Below are positions 52,720 through 64,000 of a stretch of DNA of 64,000 bases, one piece after another (positions within the stretch are counted from its first letter, which is position 1; each line of letters opens with the position of its first letter). The position numbers and the translations under genes were made by a program. Origin of the DNA: Octopus vulgaris (Eukaryota); contig OX597827.1 of the NCBI GenBank assembly GCA_951406725.2, positions 80,538,001 through 80,602,000 on the forward strand, written 5' to 3'. The notes beneath the pieces were generated by a model. It was not told the origin of the DNA. It worked only from the letters and a program-made list of their open reading frames with translations, and searched no databases.

Positions 52720-53095
52720 TCAAATTTTGGCACAAGACCAGCAATTTCAGGGGAGGGAGTAAGTCAGTTACATCAACCCCAATATTCATCTGGTACTTAT
52801 TTCATTGATCCCTGAAAGGATGAAAGGCAAAGTCAACCATGGCTGAATTTGAACTCAGAACATAAAGACGGATGAAATACCATTAAGCATTTTGTCTAGC
52901 GTGCTAACAATTCTGCCAGCTTGCATTATTACAATAATGGTAATGCTTCCAAATTTTGGCACAAGGCCAGCAGTTTATGAGAGGAGGGGCAAGCCAGTTA
53001 CATTGGTACTTATCTTATTGACTCTGAAAGAATGAAAGGCAAGGACAACCTCAGATGAGGACAAGAAAAAGTTCCATTGAGTGCTTTGTCTGGCA
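52720..53095 (-). mobile_element. Two tandem tRNA-derived SINEs (family of 15660-15873)
   Basis: ggcacaag...ggtacttat...gaaaggatgaaaggcaaagtc...gaatttgaactcagaac, present twice. Confidence 0.7.
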
Positions 53096-53199
53096 TCATC
53101 ATAATAATGATGGACTCACCTGTGGAAGATGAGGTATGAGTGTTCAGTTTTTTGTCGAAAAATAAGAGGTGTTACCTTAGTTCACTGGTAGTGAACAGC

Positions 53200-53815
53200 T
53201 GACACCATAGTACATCTCCAGCGTTAGAAGCTGTTCAAAAGTAATGATAGTAAAATATAACGATTCTTTGGAACTTTCCAGTATGTACAGACCAGACCAT
53301 CAAAGCAAATATTATTGTGAAAGACCAAAATAATAAATTCTGTTTATTAATTGACATCAGCACACCCTGTGATCATAATATCTTGGCAAGAGAATTTGAT
53401 AAGCTCAGAAAATATAAAGATTTGCTAATTGAAATTGAAAAGATGTGGCATCTCAAGACAGTTGCAATAGCAGTGATTGTAGGAGCACTTGGAATGATCA
53501 AAGAAAGGAACTGAAAATTATTTAAGAATGATCCCTGGCTTACCATCCATGCAGGAAGTGCAAAAAATTGTCTTAACTGGTAAAGTCACACAAATGGAGA
53601 AGAGCAATGTCGCTGGGAATTTTCTTTCCTTTTCCCCCTTATTTTCTTTCTTTCTTTCCTTTTTCTGCCCTTTTTTTCTATCACATGACTTTGTAAATTA
53701 ACAATCTGGTATCTTTATTTTGATGGCCTACCAATGTATACAGTGAGTTTCTTTGCCCTAGGTGTTGGGAAGACACTCGGCAAGAAATGGCAACAAAATT
53801 GAAAGAAGATGATAA
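53200..53815 (+). mobile_element. R4/Dong-like LINE 3' end (RLE domain and UTR)
   Basis: ILWNFPVCTD...CLLIDISTPCDHNI...KLRKYKDLLIEIEKMW...VIVGALG. Confidence 0.75.
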
Positions 53816-53829
53816 TAAAAGGGAACTTG

Positions 53830-55585
53830 GCATCAAAATTTCAACTCATAACCTATTTACCACTAACGTGGAAGCTTATGACTGGTATCTTAGCAGAAGA
53901 GTTATACAACCGTCTGGAAAGTAAGAATCTACTTCCAGAAGAGGAGAAAGGATGCAGGAAATAAAGTAGGGCAACAAAAGATCACTCATTAGTTGATAAA
54001 ATGATAATTACAAATTGTAGATGCAGATTGATGGGACTGAATGTAGCAGGGCTAGATTACAAAAACGCATATGACATGGTACCACATAGTTGGATAAATG
54101 AAGCAATGAGCATGTTTGGAATAGCAAAAAAACATGGAGAAAATGCTTAATGAAAGTATGAAATATTGGAATTGATCAAAGGGAAACAAAAACTTGGAAC
54201 AGTGAACATCAGCTGTGGAATATTCCAAGGTGAGCTTATGTCTATTACTATTCATATTGGCCATGATACTGTTCAGTATGATACTATGTAATGTTAAAAT
54301 AGCCTACAATTTGGGAAAAGGAAATGGTCAGATAAATCATCTCCTTTTCACGGATGATATAAATGAGAAACAGCTTGGAAGTCTTGTACATACAATCCAC
54401 ATTTTCTCAAATGATGTAGGAATGGAATTTGGGATAGAAAAGTGGGCAATACTGAAAATGAAACAAGGAAGATTTGAAAGAAGCCAAGGAATTGTAATGC
54501 CAAATGGTCAAAGAATGAGAGTGGTTGAGAAAGGACAGTGGTACGAGTACTTGGGAATACTGGAAGCAGATGAGATTAAAAAAATGAAGAAATGAAATAA
54601 ATTACCAGTTGGGAGTACACAAGGAGAGTGAGAAAATTATTGTAGTCAAAGGTGAATTCCAAAACTTTTATTGAAACAATAAATTCAAGATCAGTTAGCT
54701 TAATCAGATATGGAGTCAAAATTATAAACTCGACCAAAAATGATAGAAAGTAACTTGACAGAAAAACTAGGAAGTTGTTCCTTTTTCCACCATCCAAAAG
54801 CTGATGTCAACTGGCTGTACCTGAGGAGAGACCAGGGTGGAAGAGGCTTAATAGCAGTAGAATAAGTTATACAAATGGAAAGGAAAAGTCTAGCAGAGTA
54901 TTTACAGAGCAGAACAGGGAAAATGACTAAAGGCAGTTAATAAAGCACAGGTGACGAAGAGCATAATAGGAGAAAAAGGTAAGAATGAAATACAAATAGA
55001 GCACATCAGATCAATCAAAGAGAAACCTCTGCATGGCTAATTTTGGAGAGCCACTGAGGACATATGTGGAACAAAATCTTGGACTTGGTTAAAAAAGGGG
55101 GCAATTATAAAAAGAAGCAGAGCCTAATTGTAGTGGCCCAAGATCAAACAATGAAAACAAACAACTTGAGGAAAAATATAAACGGAAAGAATATGTCAGA
55201 AAAATGTAGAAAATGGGACTTGGAATGAGACAGTGGCACACATTGTGACAGAATGCTCCAAGTTGGCTCAGGAAGAATATAAGAAATGGAGGCATGACCA
55301 GGTTGTAAAAATTTTACACTGGAAACTCTGCCAGAAATGGGGATTTGAAACTGGAAAAAAACATGGTACAATCATTGAGTCGAAAGAGAACTAAAGTTGG
55401 AGAAATGTAAGATCTTGTGGGACTTTCCAATTCAAACAGACAAGAAATTAGAAAACAATAGAACAGATATTACAATGATGGATAAGGAAAAGTGAAGTTG
55501 CTTATATATCGACCCATCATGCCCTTTTGATTCTAGGATTGTAAAGAAAGAGGAAGAAAAACAAAGAAAATGCAATCCTTTAAAA
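53830..55585 (+). mobile_element. Degenerate R4/Dong-like LINE (RT, CCHC, RLE)
   Basis: ITYLPLTWKLMTGI, LDYKNAYDMVPHSWI, INHLLFTDD, GMEFGIEK, YEYLGILE, GGRGLI, ETVAHIVTEC...RHDQV, ILWDFPIQTD; many stops and frameshifts. Confidence 0.85.
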
Positions 55586-57325
55586 TTTAAATATTTAAAT
55601 GATAAACTTATAAATAAGCAACAACTTGCTTAGTTCTTATGTGATATCAACGATATATAATGGGCAGACTGGAATATACAGACATATTACAATGTGAATA
55701 TATGACATACAAAATTGAATATGTCATTGTTTAGTGGTTCTGAAAAGTCCAATTAGAATGGAAAATGTTCATTCCATAGAATTTTAGTATCCACAGTGAT
55801 GATATTAAGATATAACATAGAGAAAACAGAGGAAAGCGTGCCTGGCAGAATAATAATTTATGATTCCATGACTTATTACAGTTGAGATATTGGCTGATGA
55901 TACACAAATTGTTTATTGTAAATATTTAAAGGAATCAGACAAATGTGTAATAGGTGCACATTAACAGTGTACTTAAGAATGCTTGCTACATTTAGCAAAG
56001 AGTGTTCTTATCATCAAAATCTATCGTTTTTCATAGTCAGTGGTTTCTAACAAATACTTTTGCATATACGGAACATTCTGTACAATTCTTCTAAAGTCTT
56101 TGTATAATAAAACTTATGCAAAGCAGTCTCACAATCATCAGAAAAATTAAATAAGAAATAAATTCTGCAATCCAACACAGTTTCATGTAGTTTAAAATAT
56201 ACTTGCATCATTTGTCTGAGAAGTAAAACAATCCATGAATGATGAAAGAATCTCAGACAGGAGAACTAACAAAAGAATAAGTGACATGGGAGAGTTAATG
56301 TAAAGATGAGATATTTAGGGCACCGACCGATTCTGATAACTACAGAGGGATGGTAGCAGTTTACGTGAATTATATAAAACATGGATACAGAATATTGTGG
56401 AATATATCTGAACACAATGCTTTTCCTGCTGAAGAATTGTTTTCAGTTTGAATTGGGAAACATTGTTTATTGATAAAATTCACTTCAATTTTAATTTCTG
56501 TAAATATAAGCTTTAAATGATATTAAAATATCACAAAAGTTCATAACAAAATCTTGGAAATACATTATAAATTACAATATGGAATTTCGGCTCAAGTTAT
56601 AGAAATGAATAAACTATGAAAATAGTTGAAATAAGTTGATCTACTTGAAAACAATGAATTATTCTGTCCAAACTATGCTAACATGGAAGCCACATATACA
56701 ATGATGATGACGATGGCAATGATTTGACATAAATGCTATAAGTCTATATTCCTTCAATTCTAGACAGAAGTGTTTTTTTTCTCATTATTTTATCTTCTAC
56801 GACATGACACCATATCTGGTCATTCCCTGACAGCAGTCAATCGTAATATGTCCGCCATTATCCCCAACTAAAATCTATAACACACTCCTGTGTCATAAGT
56901 TCTAAACTCACATACAATAACCATACAAAAAACATATTTCTACTACACAAAACGTCTAAATATAATTTTCATATAACATCTACTATACAGATGAAATATT
57001 ATATCTTACTTTATAAACAAACATGCACACACAAACACACACGCACACAAACACACACTTTATAATATATCTCATAGGTTGTTCTCAGTTGTTACCAATC
57101 AGTATATGTAACACATTTAACATAATTTCAATAAATAAAGACTGAGTGTTGAACATTTCAATCCACAACTCTTAATTAATTGTGAAATAAAACAGTTTGA
57201 ACAATATTAATGAAAAAATATGTACAAAATGTTCAATCTCTTTGTTCTTTTGTTAATATTTAATACATATTCAGAGAGATTCTTATATCAGATGAGATTA
57301 TAAAAGAGATTAAATAGAAACTTAC

Positions 57326-57500
57326 CTTTTTTAATAATTATATCATTGGTTATTCAGTGAGAACAGAAAGATGTATTGTTGTAGAAAGATCCATTGTAAG
57401 TGCTGCTGTAATGGTGTGACAATGGCTGTATGGTGATGGAGTAGTGTAGCACGTCAGGCAGAGAGTCTGCTGCTAGGAGAAGGTTGCATGTGTTGTATGT
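57326..57500 (-). other. Non-coding first exon of g5 (most diverged copy)
   Basis: Same block with a 9-bp deletion (cactgaagt) and two 1-bp deletions; donor acttac 57320-57325. Confidence 0.7.
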
Positions 57501-57735
57501 TTGCAGGAGTACATCCACCTAATAATATCCTGTGTGTATTTATCCTTAAAGATGATGTTTGTTATTTAGGTAAATATTTGAGCAGTTACAATATTATAGA
57601 GTGAAACAGAACATAATTGTTTGGCTTAAAAACATCAGCAATGTGAATGCTTGGCTTTGTTAGTGAATTTTTTTTCTGTGTTCTATTGTGGATTTGATTG
57701 GTTGAGTGATCGAAACAGGAGACCAATGAAGGTGC
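57501..57735 (-). promoter_or_regulatory. Putative g5 promoter with inverted CCAAT pair
   Basis: ATTGG 57697-57701, CCAAT 57723-57727, 21 bp spacer; most similar to the g1 promoter. Confidence 0.6.
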
Positions 57736-58500
57736 TCCCTTCATATCGATTCTGATAGGCAAACACTGACTGAAACTTAACGAAGAAAGTGAGATTGTGT
57801 GATGTTCATCCTTTCTCACAATCATTTACTGCCATTATAACTATCTTTATGCTGACTTACAAAATTCAATGTTAGCATTCCTATTTAAACTTATGTTTCA
57901 ATAAGAATGTCACAACGCTATGTGACATACACATTCGTAATCAAGTTCAAATTATCGTTGATTGTTAAATGGAACAATAAACCAATAATTGCAAAGACTT
58001 ATGAAACATTATACTCTTATTTCCATATAACTACAAAATAAAAATAATTTCTAAAACTGGTGAAACATTTAGCAGGATAATATAGTCAAGAAGATTGATA
58101 CAAGTAAATAATTTCATGAAATCTGACAGAATGGAGAGCTAAATAAATGTGGTTTGGGTTAAAACTAACACATACCACTGTCAGCTTTGCTTTTTATGGT
58201 TTCTATCAAAAGGCCTGCTTTAATTATGTGTAGATACGATATATTTCTAGTTTTTCATATCAAACAAAATTAACGTAATTATGGGACAGAACCTCAAATT
58301 GACTAAAATAAAACTGTATTGATTTTCACAACTTTCAATTTATTTATCAGAATCACTTCCCATATTCTGACACTCCTTGTCCGTACAATTAAACAACACT
58401 AATAATATAGAATGACTTCATTGGCATGGTATTTGCATTGATCAGCTGAGTATTGTATATATACAGAGAGTACGGTAGATGTGTTATTTCAGTGTAATAA

Positions 58501-61426
58501 TTACACGTGCTTTACTGGTGTTTCTTCATTAGAATCTTTTGATGTAGATGAATCGTTGTTTTTATATATATTTTGATCTGGAATTGAGATAAAAAGATAT
58601 TTTTGCCAAATATATAAACACAGAGGTACATATTTAAAAAGAATTTAACATGGCTTATATGGATTTAGTATGCATAAAAACAGGACATTAAAACAAAAAC
58701 CAAAAATATTGTCAATGTAGTTATTAACCTGAAACTCCTGGTATTTCTTCGTAATGTTTCGGGTCTCCTTGTCTACCACTTCTCTTGGATGACATTGTAT
58801 CTGATGTATAGTTACAAACCATAGTAGCATTATCTTCCACAGCATCATCACTTGATGTCACCACAACAGGTTGACAGTATTTCTGTTGACAAACAAACGA
58901 TAAAGAAATATGAGAAGACACCAAACAATGGAAGTTACAATCAACATGGAGAGAGAACAATTTAATATTGGAATGTATTATTGAAGTTAAAACATATTCA
59001 AAGAGATTTCATTGTTCACTTTTACAGAGAGAAAATGTAATGTTTCCACTTACTGGGGTAGGTTTTGGTAAAGTTCTCGACTGAACTGAAGATTCATATT
59101 TGTTCTGTAGCTGACCTTCTGCATAACATTCACTCTTGGATCTCTCAGAATAGATATTCCGCTTCACCATCTCTTCTGCATTCCTCGACATAGCAACAGA
59201 AGTGTTAGTCTGGTACAACAATTGTTTCATCTCTGCTCTACCTTGGTAGGCTGTATTCTTTGTGGCAGCAGCTGTGTTATCTCTGTGTTTAATACATTTC
59301 ATAATACACAGCGTTATAGAAACAACAATAGCCACTGATATTATTACTGCTGATGATACAATGATAATAACCCATGTCATATGGACCCGACCTGAAGATT
59401 GTAATGGTCCACTCTTCGACATTGGTGATGTCTCGTTACTAACAGCCAATACCAAAGTCACACTAGTTGTTGACGACTGAACTGGACTACCACTGTCCTT
59501 CACAACAAACACCAGCTCATAACTTCCAGCATCATTTAGATAAACTTGTCTGGAGAAGGATAAAGCACCACTGTGTGAGTTCATACTAAACAACTGTTTA
59601 GCATTTCCTTGTTTGATTGCATATCTGAGGAAAGCATTGTTTCCACTGTCCCCATCAGACGCTCTCAAAACTGTGATGTCACTCTTACTCTGCGGATGGT
59701 ACTGCACATTTAGCGTGTAAGGGTCACTACTAGGATATGTAAAATATGGAGCATTGTCATTTTGATCTAGAATCTCAACAACAACATTCGCCGTGTCATT
59801 CAGAGATGGGCTTCCATTATCTTTGACAAAAACCTCAAACTTATACACATCTTGTTTCTCTCTGTCCAATGACATGGTCGCTGAAATGAAGCCATAACTG
59901 GTGATGAGAAATGGGAGATTGGATTTTTCTTTACGCAGCAGAGAATATGTGAGTTGTCCAGCAGATCCAAGATCAGGGTCAGTGGCATTGACAAAACCAA
60001 TGGGGAAGTCTTTATCTTTGTTTTCGTAGGTGAGGAATTGGAATGTATCTTTGGTAAACTGTGGTTGTACATCGTTGATGTCAGTCACTTGGATAGAGAG
60101 GCTTTTAACACTTTTCAGAGGAGGTAATCCTTTATCTTGACAGGAGACAGGAATGTTATAGTGTCCTTGTTTTTCTCTGTCCACTGGTTTGTTTAGAATG
60201 ATTTTATATTCTTTAGATCCCATTGACTGTAGTTTGAATGTATCATGTTTGATATCACAGCTGACCTCTCCATTTTGTCCCACATCATTGTCAGTGACCA
60301 TCACATAAGCAATGAAACTACCAACTTTGATGTTTTCAGAAATGGTAGCTGTGTTGTCATTGATTGCATTAACATAATCAATATCAATAGATGGAGGGTT
60401 GTTGTGTTGGTTGACAACATTTACTAAAACGGTTGCTATGGAACTGAGAGGAGGGCTACCTCCATCCCTGGCTTCAATGAATAATTCAAAAGATGTTTTT
60501 TCATTCAAACTAGAAATTCTAGATAAAAATATTTTGCCAGCTTTTTCACCCAATTCAAAATATTTCTTAGCTAAATCAGAAGTTTTGGGGCTGAAATGGA
60601 AAGTAATTTTACTGTTGGACCCTGCATCTTTGTCTGTCACTGACAAAGTAAGAATAGGTTTTGTCTTGTCGTGTGTGGTTCTAATGGAAATGTTATAAAG
60701 GGGTTTTGAAAATACAGGTGGATTATCATTCTCATCTTCGACAACAATCACAACATTTAACACACTCTGTTTAGATGGAGAACCTCCATCTTTAGCAATT
60801 ACTTCTAAATTGTATTTTTCTTTTAACTCTCTGTCTAATTTATCTTTTAAAACAATCTTTAACGAGGAAATACCATCAGCTCTTTTAGACACTGACAGGG
60901 AAAATGAGTCATCAGATTTTTTAAGTTTATATTCAATGAAAGAATTTTGATAACTAACATCTTTGTCTATGGCATTTGGGATTGACTTTTTCATACCTTC
61001 ACGCTCTCCTTCACCAAACTTTAAAATTATTTGTTTTTCAGGAAATTTTGGTTGATGGTCATTAATGTCTTCTATGATTATTTTGATTTTTAATATTTTT
61101 GAAACACTCGTTCCTTTATTGACAACAACTTTCATAGTTCTGGAACATTCTTTGTTGAATGTGCAGAGATCTTCTGCATCCAGTGTCTGAGCAGTGTACA
61201 GTTTACCTGTTTTGGTGATGTTAAATAACTGTGCCACCTTTCGTTTGAATTGACTGAATGTTATCAAATGTTGGTCAGATGGTTTAACATTGTCTAAAAG
61301 TTTAGAATCGGCAGCAATGTCTGCTACATATGTTCCTGGACTTCTCTCTTCTTCCACATGGTAGGTAAGGTCAATGGTCAGGACACAGTGGACCACTGAC
61401 AATACAATACACAATGATAATAACAT
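58501..61426 (-). CDS. Pcdh: Protocadherin g6, intact, ~867 aa; coding exons 61426-59054, 58882-58729, 58577-58501
   Basis: 805-aa track ORF plus two spliced exons; terminal exon DQNIYKNNDSSTSKDSNEETPVKHV*. Large-exon acceptor at 61479. Confidence 0.95.
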
Positions 61427-63614
61427 GGTGTTGTTAAATGCTGGTACAGCTTAAAGATGCCGAGTTATGATGATTAAACCTAAAACGAAAATGCATTTAT
61501 TTCATTAGTTAATATAGATATGATCCTCAGTTTTACATACACAATTAGCATTGAATATCTGAATATATCATTTTATGTACGAAGATTTAAAAAGAAATGA
61601 TTATTTTCTGTATTAATGTTTCTTAAAAAACTTGAAAAGAAAAACAAAAAAAAAACAACTTGATATTCCATCAAACATTTGATAAACTAAACTGGGATTA
61701 ATTATATAACTTTACAAAAACAAATAAAGACTCATCAAAAAATCTTTCACCAATAAAACTACAAACATTTAAGTCTGTGATAATGTAGCTTGTTTAGTTA
61801 ATTCTAATTTGTAACAATGCACAATATTCATTGCTTTACTAATTCCTTTAAATATTAGTTTTATGTATCAGCAATCTATTGTTATTCATTCATTTAAAAA
61901 TGTGTCCCACAGTCAAATTACTGTCATATTTTATACATCCCTCTGTTGTTCTGTTGCTATAATATTAAACCATTTCCTACTTTCTTGCTTTATAATCACC
62001 ATAAATACTGAAGCGGTTATATTCTAATGGTTCCTACAAAATATTTAATATCTGAAACCTGATTCCATGTTTATTCAACCCAATTGCTTTTCCAGTTTCT
62101 GGAAGCTTCCCAGTGACTTTCCAATAAATATTACATTTTTTGCACATTGCTGTCCCTAGTCTCTTGTTGTTCGTTTACTTTACTTCCCAGAAAAAATTAA
62201 GAATTTGTAAATAGAAAGAGTCTCTACTGAATTTGAAATCAATCAATAATTGTGTACATCAGGATAGGCAGTTCTCTAAAACTTATCACCAGCCATTGTA
62301 TATTTTAAACAAACTACTTTCCAACCATCATTCTATTAATGAGTGAGTTAATTTGAAGACTGAAAAGTTTGTCAAAAACAGAGGCTAAAATTTAACCATC
62401 TAAGTAGAAATTCAGGACAAGCAAAAAATTTGACGACTAGATATTAATTGTTGCAGTTTAAGTAATTTATATAAAAACACATACGAAAATACAATATTGT
62501 GAAACTGTGACATGATAATGAAAATGATGATGATGATGAATTTTTTTTATTTTTATTTTAAACCTAATTAATATCTAAAATACTCATCAACTTAAATTTT
62601 TGTAAAATTAACAAAATCTAACAAAAGTTTGTAATTAAATATTGGAAAGATTAGCATAAAATACAATAAAAAATTTTGACAGTTTTATAAATAAATTATG
62701 AAAGGAAGTCGGAAGACATGTTGAAAAACAGATTAATGTATAATTAAATCTTCCAAGTATGCTTTGTAAGCTAACAAATAACATATATATATATGAATTG
62801 TATTGTTTATATTCTGTCAACTTCAGACAGAACTCACTTCTCTTTTTATTGTCTCATATAAGCTGCCACCATATCTCTTCACCCAATAACAGCCACAAAT
62901 CCTAATATGGCTGCCATTATTCCAATCAAAGTCTTTAACACACTGTCAGCTCATTACACAGATAATAATCTGCACAGTAAGAGCAGACTGGGACACACTG
63001 CAGCACACTGCTTATACACAGCAATTCCCTAAACTTCTAAAATATACCATTTACCACATAGATAGAAAAGTAAAACTTCCTTATATCATCACAAAACTAC
63101 AAATGAGGTTGCCTCTGCATAATCACTGAACCAGCTAGAAACAATAGTCAGATCCTCTCAAATCTGTCTTAAAATAGAAAGGAAGAGATAGACATTAGAC
63201 CCTTAGATACACAGAAAGATTGGAGGATCGAGCTAGAATGTCTTTGATTATAAACTTTGTTCAACCAGGTCTGGCGTAACTTTAAAGAACAACAACCAAT
63301 AACATTATACACTAATCTCTACTCTTAATAACCAATATATGTAACAAATATTATACGCATATTGATAATGTTGCTTTAGTACAATAGAATATTAAAAATT
63401 TTGGCTGACAACATCTAATCAAGTCTAAAACAATAAAAGTATATATATATATATATATATATAATATGAAGAAAATTACTATAGAAAACATGTCATATAT
63501 TGTTCAATGTCTTTGTTCTCTTGTTAATATTGAATATATAAGAACAAATCTAACAGATTCAATGAGACTTATTGCATCAAATGAGATTATAAAAGAGACT
63601 AAATAGAGACTTAC

Positions 63615-63798
63615 CTTTTTAATAATTATATCATTGGTTATTCAGTGAGAAAGAGAAAGCTGTATTGTTGTAGAAAGATCCATTGTAAGTGCTGCTGTAA
63701 TGGTGTGACAATGGCTGTTATGGTGATGGAGTAGTGTAGCACGTCAGGCAGAGAGTCTGCTGCTAGGAGAGGGTTGCATGTGTCACTGAAGTTGTATG
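63615..63798 (-). other. Conserved non-coding first exon of g6
   Basis: Near-identical block; donor acttac 63609-63614. Promoter homology continues to the window edge, stopping just before the expected CCAAT pair. Confidence 0.75.
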
Positions 63799-64000
63799 TT
63801 TTGTGGGAGTACATCCACCTAATGATACTTTGTGTATGTATTTATCCTTAAAGATGTTTACTATTTACAAATATATGGATATATATCTAAATAGCTACAA
63901 TATTGTGTAGTTAAACACGACAAAATTATTTGGCTTAATAACATGAGTAATGTAAATGCTGTTCTTAGTAAGTGATTTCTTTCTAGGTTTTACTGAGGAT

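Noticed and set aside
170-61426. Vertebrate-style variable exons spliced to shared constant exons
   Set aside because: Every unit has its own downstream cytoplasmic exons and stop codon; no shared constant region is needed or visible in the window.
170-63798. Whole array as an assembly duplication artefact
   Set aside because: EC2-3, introns 1 and 3, spacers and TE insertions are distinct for each unit, and the conserved parts carry private SNPs.

Overview
AT-rich eukaryotic DNA, very probably from an octopus or other coleoid cephalopod (inferred from the gene family and repeat content). It holds six head-to-tail protocadherin genes on the minus strand, called g1-g6 from left to right. Each gene has the same four-exon plan, reconstructed from splice sites: a near-invariant non-coding first exon (~185 nt block); a 2-10 kb TE-filled intron; one ~2.4 kb exon (signal peptide, EC1-EC6, TM, juxtamembrane); a ~171 nt intron; a 154 nt exon; and a 77 nt terminal exon that the ORF track misses. 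Each gene carries its own promoter, and all five visible promoters have an inverted CCAAT pair spaced exactly 21 bp apart. EC1, EC4-EC6, TM, intron 2 and exon 3 are nearly identical between copies. The end of EC1 through EC3 is variable and patchworked between paralogues. g1, g2 and g3 each carry a single 1-bp frameshift, probably a consensus error. The introns hold CR1-like, RTE, R4/Dong-like and Hero-like LINE fragments, SINEs, Helitron-like elements and palindromic insertions.
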